Assembly: GCA_038208905.1 (NCBI GenBank)
Contig: JBBQYG010000094.1
Span: forward strand, 1-15,196
From: Candidatus Sumerlaeia bacterium
GTDB lineage: Bacteria; Sumerlaeota; Sumerlaeia; SLMS01
Reading direction: 5' to 3'
DNA: 15,196 bases
The position numbers were made by a program, and so were the translations under genes. The notes under the pieces are model-generated. The model saw only the letters and a program-made list of their open reading frames with translations. It was not told the origin of the DNA and did no database searches. Below are positions 9,760 to 15,196 of this stretch, in pieces. Each line of letters opens with the position of its first letter. Position 1 is the stretch's first letter.

Positions 9760-10135
9760 GAGCCTCGCTGCCGTGTGCCAGGCGAACCATTCGGTTCCGC
9801 CCTCCTTGGAACGCCATGTAAGCGAAAATACAGACAAAGAAGGTATTCATCGCGGCCAGGAACGAGGTGATCTCGATCCCGACGCGAATCGCATAAATCA
9901 GAAGAATCGTGAGGAGGAGCGGCTTGGCCATCAGGCCCCAGACCGCGAGGGCCGGCCTGCGGCGGGAGATGCCCGCCACCGTGGCGGCCAAGGCGATCCA
10001 GTTGGCCAGCGCCAGGGGCGAGAGAAATCCATAGCGCATTGCCCAGTCGGGGGAAACGAGCATCGCCAGCCCGGTGATCGCGACGGTGGCGAATCCCGTA
10101 AGGGCGAAGATGTTCCTGAGGTCCGACGTGTCCAA
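9752..10135 (-). CDS. atpI: ATP synthase protein I-like four-TM membrane protein
   Basis: 127 aa with about four hydrophobic segments; TTG start with AGGA upstream; immediately upstream of atpB. Confidence 0.75.
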   Translation of the reverse strand: MDTSDLRNIFALTGFATVAITGLAMLVSPDWAMRYGFLSPLALANWIALAATVAGISRRRPALAVWGLMAKPLLLTILLIYAIRVGIEITSFLAAMNTFFVCIFAYMAFQGGRNRMVRLAHGSEAHG

Positions 10136-10163
10136 GGTGAGTCCTAACGTGGGGGGCGTAAGC

Positions 10164-10403
10164 CTACTTCTGAAGTCGATTCAGCAACTTGATCAGGCGG
10201 ATGCACTCACGGACCCCGACAATCAGCCCCGCCACCAGAATCACGGGAAAGAGCCAGGGGAGGCCCGTATATTTTGCCGCATACTTGCCCAAAAGGGCCG
10301 CCCCGATGGGGTAAACCAGCATGACCATCGGGATTGCGAAGGCGATACCCTCTGCCCGGAAGGCCTTGCCGCGCTCGCGCCACTTTCCGCCGCCGTCGTT
10401 CAT
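10164..10403 (-). CDS. AtpZ/AtpI ('gene 1') family two-TM protein
   Basis: From ATG 10403: MNDGGGKWRE...GIAFAIPMVMLVYPIGAALLGKY...PWLFPVILVAGLIVGVRE. Two transmembrane helices with the G..G/PW pattern; first gene of the operon. The track's start at 10556 is likely over-extended. Confidence 0.8.
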   Translation of the reverse strand: MNDGGGKWRERGKAFRAEGIAFAIPMVMLVYPIGAALLGKYAAKYTGLPWLFPVILVAGLIVGVRECIRLIKLLNRLQK

Positions 10404-10507
10404 GGACGGAAGGACCCATCTGAGGCCACGGCGTTGCAGGGCTTCCGCAAACGCGGGGCAGTGGTAGGAATCCGGGGGGTGGGACACAAGGGGAAAGACG
10501 GGGGAGA

Positions 10508-10525
10508 TTGTGAAATTTTTCCCAA
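10508..10525. promoter_or_regulatory. Putative Rex operator upstream of the atp operon
   Basis: TTGTGAA-ATTT-TTCCCAA matches 13 of 14 defined positions of the Rex consensus TTGTGAA-N4-TTCACAA; about 105 nt upstream of the first atp gene. Confidence 0.55.
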
Positions 10526-10575
10526 ACTTCCGGGCGCCCACGCCGCCGTCCGCCAAGACCCGCTCTTAGGGCCCC

Positions 10576-11286
10576 TCATGGCAACTTCGGCACCCCGCCG
10601 GCCCCCGTCATGTCCATCACCTGCACGCCCTCCGGCGGCGTATATTCAAACTTGGAATCTGGGACGTCCACGCCGGAGCGAAAGGCCGTCACGCGCGTGG
10701 TGGTGGTCCCCATCTGGGGGGCCTCCATCACCATCTTGCGCATCAGGCCGGTATCCTCGCCCAGCCACCAGGTGGTCACCGACTCGCCGGACTCGCCCTT
10801 GGCCTTGATCGCGATCACCGCGCACTTCTCGCCGTCGAGTTCCTCCGGCGCCTTCACTTCCGCCACACCATCGGCCATCGACGTTCGAAGCGCCTCGAAC
10901 GGCGCTGCGGGGACCGCTGCCGGCATCTTGGAGACTGTGTGCGTTCCCGCCGCCTTGACCTCGGACCAGCGGAAATCCTTCGCATCCACCATCAACGTCT
11001 CCGTCTCCTGCTTCATGTCCATCGTCTTCATGGTCATGGTGCTCTTGGACTCGACGCGGTTGCGCATCAACTCGCCGTCGCGCTTCATCCAGGACTTCAT
11101 TTGGGACTTCATCTCCATGTACTCGGAGCTATTGGTGATCTCCATTTCCAACTCGGCCGATTTCACGGCCTTCGCCTTGGGCTCGATGCGGTCGAGCACC
11201 TCCTTCACCGTCTCGGCAAAGGCGCCGCCGACGGCGAACATCGACACAGCAGCCACGGCAAGCAGACGACGCGAAATCCGGATCAT
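10576..11286 (-). CDS. Exported LolA-like (lipoprotein carrier/sorting fold) protein
   Basis: Signal peptide ending ...GGAFA; beta-rich body; WWLGEDTGLMRK and DVPDSKFEYTPPEGVQVMD resemble the LolA-family C-terminus. Confidence 0.75.
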   Translation of the reverse strand: MIRISRRLLAVAAVSMFAVGGAFAETVKEVLDRIEPKAKAVKSAELEMEITNSSEYMEMKSQMKSWMKRDGELMRNRVESKSTMTMKTMDMKQETETLMVDAKDFRWSEVKAAGTHTVSKMPAAVPAAPFEALRTSMADGVAEVKAPEELDGEKCAVIAIKAKGESGESVTTWWLGEDTGLMRKMVMEAPQMGTTTTRVTAFRSGVDVPDSKFEYTPPEGVQVMDMTGAGGVPKLP

Positions 11287-11370
11287 GGAAATCCCCTTTA
11301 ATCATTGGGCAACGGTTTACAACTACCGCCATGGTCCACGGGAGGCCCATGCGAGGCAAGGGGGGAGAAA

Positions 11371-11406
11371 GGCGAGGCGGATGGGGAATCCGAAGCGGGG
11401 ATTGGC
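11371..11406 (-). repeat. Degenerate inverted repeat, left arm (partner at 12201-12238)
   Basis: Reverse complement is GCCAATCCCCGCTTCGGATTCCCCATCCGCCTCGCC. Confidence 0.4.
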
Positions 11407-11624
11407 TAGGCGCCGGAGCGAAGCATGGCCTGAGGAAGCCCGCTCGTCTGGAGGACCTCCATATTCACGCGCGACGCCGCTTGGTCGATGTCGATCCCCA
11501 CCAGCACCCCGCGGTCGTCAAAATCTAGCACGACCCCCGGCGAAACCTCCCGCGAATCCACGCTCGCTCGTTCGGAAAGGTCTATGTAGAGCGAATCCGT
11601 TTCGGGGTAGTAGGCCATCTTCAT
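11406..11624 (-). CDS. DUF2283-family protein (72 aa), putative antitoxin
   Basis: MKMAYYPETDSLYIDL...EVSPGVVLDFDDRGVLVGIDI fits the YD..D.LYI / D.D..G.LVGIEI pattern; ATGA overlap with the upstream gene. Confidence 0.88.
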   Translation of the reverse strand: MKMAYYPETDSLYIDLSERASVDSREVSPGVVLDFDDRGVLVGIDIDQAASRVNMEVLQTSGLPQAMLRSGA

Positions 11625-11866
11625 TCGGTCATCTCCGGAGGAGCATAGCCTCGGTCGGGAAAGGCGTTGTGAACGGTGATACCGTCTTCCAGCGTCACGA
11701 CGCGAAGGTACTTGCCCAGCTCCTCCACGTAAACCCAAAAGCGGTATCTGCCGTCCTCCTGAAGCTCGAACTGGACGGGATCGGACAGCGCAGCTTCGAT
11801 CCACTCTTCCCGAAGGTAGGGGCGCTTACGCAGAACTTGCTCCCGGAAATACGCAGTTGTCTGCAC
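11621..11866 (-). CDS. DUF4258/RelE-BrnT-like small protein, putative toxin
   Basis: 81 aa, GTG start; WIEAALSDP...DGRYRFW...GKYLRVVTLEDGITVHNAFPDR; coupled to the DUF2283 gene. Family is inferred from motif and context. Confidence 0.75.
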   Translation of the reverse strand: MQTTAYFREQVLRKRPYLREEWIEAALSDPVQFELQEDGRYRFWVYVEELGKYLRVVTLEDGITVHNAFPDRGYAPPEMTE

Positions 11867-12200
11867 GGGGAACCCAATCTATCCGAGGCGGCGCCGGGCA
11901 TCTCGATGAACGCCCAAGAAGTCGTGGAGTCCCCGGATTCCGCCGTCTGCTTGATCGGAAGGGCCCGAACGGACCCAAAGCAGCGCCGCAAGAACCGCAA
12001 AAGCCCGACTGTTGTGCAAGTGGATACAACTCCTCGGTTTTGGTAGATGATCTATCGCGCAACCGCTCTATCAATCCCCATAGCACCGTCCACCAGGGTC
12101 CAATTCGGGGCATCCGGCCCATCTGCCAACGTCGCCGCTTGACCCCGCCCCCATTCCCCTTGTCGGGAGCGAACACCTCCGAGTAACACTCCCGCGCCTT

Positions 12201-12238
12201 GCCAGTCCCCCCTTTCCCTATTCCCCATTCCCCTCACC
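12201..12238 (+). repeat. C-rich heptamer-like tract; right arm of the degenerate inverted repeat
   Basis: GCCAGTCCCCCCTTTCCCTATTCCCCATTCCCCTCACC; about 29/38 match by manual gapped alignment to the reverse complement of 11371-11406. Confidence 0.4.
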
Positions 12239-12253
12239 CAAACCGGAGCCCCG

Positions 12254-14245
12254 ATGTTCGACGTCCAAAATGTCAGCCTGTCCTATGGTTCGCGCCAAAT
12301 CCTGGAGGAAGCCTCCTTCAAGGTGGAGGATGGCGAGCGCGCGGCCATCATCGGGCCCAACGGCGCCGGCAAATCGACCATGCTCAAGGTGATCGCGGGG
12401 GTGCTCAAACAGGAGAAGGGCGCCATCTCCTTTCCCAACAACACGGAGATCGGCTACCTTCCCCAGGACCTCGAAATCCTCTCCGACCGGTCCGTCCTCG
12501 ACGAGTGCAAGACCGTCTTTCAGGCCGTTCTCGATCACGAGAAGGAGATGCGCCTGCTCGAGGACAAGATGAGCCACACCGAGCACGGCACGCCGGAGTT
12601 CGACAAGATCGCCGACCGCTACGAGTATCTCCTCCACGAGACCCAGCGCCGCGACCTGTACTCCATGGACGCCACCATCGGCAAGGTGCTGGACGGCCTC
12701 GGCTTCAAGCCCAAGGATTACATCCGCCCGTGCAGCGAGTTCTCCGGCGGGTGGCAGATGCGCATCTGCCTCGCCAAGCTCCTGCTCCAGAATCCCGACG
12801 TCCTCCTCCTCGACGAGCCCACCAACCACCTGGACATCGAGTCGATCGAGTGGCTGGCCGGCTGGATCAAGCAGCACGAGGGTTGCGTCCTGATGGTCAG
12901 CCACGAGCGCGCCTTCATGGACGCCCTGGTGACGAAGGTCATCGAGGTCGAGCGCGCCCGAGTGATCGTGTATCGCGGCAACTACAGCGAGGCCCAGGTC
13001 AAGCGCGGCGAGCGCCGCGAGATGGCCCAGCGCACGTTCGAGAATCAGCAGCGCGAGATCGAGCACATCCAGAAGTTCGTGGACCGATTCCGCTATCAGG
13101 CGTCCAAGGCCAACCTCGTCCAATCCCGCATCAAGCAGCTCGAACGCATCGAGCGCGTGGAAGCTCCACTCGCCGACCAGGGGACCATCAGCTTCCGCTT
13201 CCCCTCCGCCCCGCGCAGCGCCAAGGAAGTCCTGGTCGCCGAGAAAATCAGCAAGGCCTACGGCGCCGCCGTCATCCTTCACGGCGTCGGCATCACCATC
13301 TATCGCGGAGAGAAGGTCGCCCTCGTCGGAGTCAACGGCGCCGGCAAGACCACCTTCATGCGCGTGCTGGCCGGGCGAGACACGGAGTTCGAGGGCAAGC
13401 GCAGCATCGGCGCCAACGTGGACATCGCCTACTTCGCCCAGTACGACCGCGAGGACCTGCACCCCGACAACAACGTCCTCGGCGAGTTCATGTCCAACGC
13501 GCCGCTCTCCGTATCCGACAAGGCCCGCGGCATCCTGGGCGCGTTCCTGTTTAGCGGCGACGATGTGGAGAAGAAGATCTCCGTGCTCAGCGGCGGAGAG
13601 CGCACCCGCCTGCGCCTCGCCAAGATGCTCTGCGGCAACGCCAACCTCCTCCTCCTCGACGAGCCCACCAACCACCTCGACATCGGATCGCGCCTCACGC
13701 TGGAAAACGCCCTGCGCCAGTACGAGGGCGCCATCGCCCTCGTCTCCCACGACCGCTACTTCCTCGACAACGTCGTCACCCGCGTCGTCGAGATCAGCAA
13801 CGGCAGCGCCACCAGCTATCCCGGCAACTACAGCGACTACCTCCTGATGAAGGAACTGCAGGAGGCCAACGGCACCAGCACCACCCCCAAGAACAACGGC
13901 ACCCGCGTGGACGCCAAGGCCCTCGCCGCCCAGCTTAGCACCATCCCCGGACGCGAATCCAACGACGACCGCCGCGAACGCCAGGACCGCGAGAAGACCA
14001 GCAAGAACCGCCTCCGCAAGGCCGAGAAGGAAGTCGAGGAGCACGAAGAACTCCTCTACCAACTCGAGGAAGCCATCCGCCTCCTCGAAAACCAACTCGC
14101 CTCCCCCGCCGTCGCCACCAACTTCACCGCCGCCCAGGAAACCACCCGCAAACTCGAAAAAGCCCAGACCCAGAAAGCCGAAGTCGAATCCCGCTGGATC
14201 GAGCTGCAGGAAGAAGTGGAAGGGTTGAAGGGGGCGGAGGTTTAA
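12254..14245 (+). CDS. ABC-F family ATP-binding protein (Uup/YheS-like translation factor) with C-terminal coiled coil
   Basis: Two ABC domains (GPNGAGKS / FSGGW / LLLDEPTNHLD and GVNGAGKT / LSGGE / LLLDEPTNHLD), YRGNYS linker, no transmembrane segments; GGAG RBS. Confidence 0.95.
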   Translation: MFDVQNVSLSYGSRQILEEASFKVEDGERAAIIGPNGAGKSTMLKVIAGVLKQEKGAISFPNNTEIGYLPQDLEILSDRSVLDECKTVFQAVLDHEKEMRLLEDKMSHTEHGTPEFDKIADRYEYLLHETQRRDLYSMDATIGKVLDGLGFKPKDYIRPCSEFSGGWQMRICLAKLLLQNPDVLLLDEPTNHLDIESIEWLAGWIKQHEGCVLMVSHERAFMDALVTKVIEVERARVIVYRGNYSEAQVKRGERREMAQRTFENQQREIEHIQKFVDRFRYQASKANLVQSRIKQLERIERVEAPLADQGTISFRFPSAPRSAKEVLVAEKISKAYGAAVILHGVGITIYRGEKVALVGVNGAGKTTFMRVLAGRDTEFEGKRSIGANVDIAYFAQYDREDLHPDNNVLGEFMSNAPLSVSDKARGILGAFLFSGDDVEKKISVLSGGERTRLRLAKMLCGNANLLLLDEPTNHLDIGSRLTLENALRQYEGAIALVSHDRYFLDNVVTRVVEISNGSATSYPGNYSDYLLMKELQEANGTSTTPKNNGTRVDAKALAAQLSTIPGRESNDDRRERQDREKTSKNRLRKAEKEVEEHEELLYQLEEAIRLLENQLASPAVATNFTAAQETTRKLEKAQTQKAEVESRWIELQEEVEGLKGAEV

Positions 14246-14308
14246 GGCGCCGACGCGACGGACAGTTTCAGGACAACTGGTTCCTGCCCCAGATATTCGT
14301 ACAACAAA

Positions 14309-15196
14309 CTACTCTTCCCCGTTAGCCGTCGAGAGTTCCGCCTGCTTCAACACGAGCTGCGTCGCGTCCTCGGACAGATCGGGCGGGTAGCCATACTTGG
14401 CGAGCAGCCGCCGAACCTGGCGCCGCAAGTCCGCGCGGACGGAGTCGCGCTGCGTCCAGTCGAGTTTCGGCAGTCGCTTCACCATCTCTGCGAGTTCCCG
14501 CGCCATCAGGCGCAGCTTGTCATTCTCCATCGCCTTGCGCGCCGACTCGTTCTCCGCGATGGCGTCGTAGAACGCCGTCTCGTCTGCACTGAGGCCAAGG
14601 CTTTCTCCGCGGCTTTGGACTTCGCGCACCCATTGGGCAATATCCATCAGGCGGGCAATCATCTCGGCGGTGGATATGGCCCGGTTGGTGTAGCGGACCA
14701 TCGCGTCCTCAAGGGCTTCGCGGAACTTCCTGCTTTGCACGAGGTTGATTCGCTCGGTGCTCCGGATTTGGTCGGCCAGCAGCTTGCGGAGGGTTTCGAG
14801 CGCCAGGTTCTTTTGCTCCAACGCGGCAACGCGCTTCAGGAACTCGTCGGAGAACACGTCGAAGCGGGCGCTTTCAAGTCCCGCTGCGGCGAAAAGGTCG
14901 ATCACTTCTCCGGCCTCCACGGCTCCTCCGATCACTTGGCGGACCGCTGCGTCGATGTCGGCGTTGTTGCTGTTGCTGGTGCCCCGGTCGTCGGCAAGGC
15001 GCTTGCGGAGCATCGCCTGCACGCGCTGGAAGAAGGCCGAGGCTTTGAGGTAACGCAGCACGTCGTCACTCAGCCGGTTGGCGGAGTCCGGGTAGAACAC
15101 TGCGATCTCGTTGACCGGCCGGGCGCGCTGGTCGAGTAGCGCGGCCTGCCGCACCCACGCGTCCACCGCCTGGTCATTGCCGTACAGATTGCCGTG
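14309..15196 (-). CDS. hsdR: Type I restriction enzyme R subunit, C-terminal (DUF3387-like) region; 5' part beyond the window edge
   Basis: Frame is open to the window end (HGNLYGNDQAV|DAW...). SDEFL, KNLALETLRKLL, LGLSADETAFYDA and DWTQRDSVRADLRRQVRRLLAKYGYPPD..A...VLKQAE are typical HsdR C-terminal motifs. Confidence 0.9.
   Translation of the reverse strand, partial: HGNLYGNDQAVDAWVRQAALLDQRARPVNEIAVFYPDSANRLSDDVLRYLKASAFFQRVQAMLRKRLADDRGTSNSNNADIDAAVRQVIGGAVEAGEVIDLFAAAGLESARFDVFSDEFLKRVAALEQKNLALETLRKLLADQIRSTERINLVQSRKFREALEDAMVRYTNRAISTAEMIARLMDIAQWVREVQSRGESLGLSADETAFYDAIAENESARKAMENDKLRLMARELAEMVKRLPKLDWTQRDSVRADLRRQVRRLLAKYGYPPDLSEDATQLVLKQAELSTANGEE

Noticed and set aside
10610-12046. 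478-aa plus-strand ORF
   Set aside because: Antisense to three better-supported genes (LolA-like, DUF2283 and its partner).
12803-13678. Near-identical DNA CTCCTCCTCGACGAGCCCACCAACCACCT occurring twice
   Set aside because: It encodes the conserved LLLDEPTNHL motif of the two ABC domains under strong codon bias.
12218-14095. 625-aa minus-strand ORF and the 451-aa alternative plus frame 12199..13554
   Set aside because: Shadow and alternative frames of the clearly real ABC-F gene.
14246-14308. CAGGA...TCCTG hairpin between the convergent ABC-F and hsdR genes as a terminator
   Set aside because: Only a 5-bp stem and no convincing U-tract on either strand.

Overview
GC-rich bacterial genomic window. 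Its core is a complete minus-strand F1Fo ATP synthase operon (atpZ/gene1, atpI, atpB, E, F, H, A, G, D, C; 10403->1633) ending in an intrinsic terminator. Two foreign-looking cassettes interrupt it. Between atpA and atpG sits a GxxExxY PD-(D/E)XK nuclease gene enclosed by 28-bp inverted repeats, each built from three CACGGAG heptamers; this is the most notable feature and looks like a transposase-less mobile or loop-out element. Between atpG and atpD sits a PIN-domain gene with a small partner gene. Left of the operon are a GTAG-type REP doublet, a candidate structured RNA/leader and a secreted protein truncated by the window edge (missing from the ORF track). Right of it are a Rex-like operator, a LolA-like protein, a DUF4258-like/DUF2283 putative toxin-antitoxin pair bracketed by degenerate inverted repeats, an ABC-F ATPase, and the 3' end of a type I restriction subunit (hsdR). 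All family assignments come from motif recognition by eye; no database searches were run.
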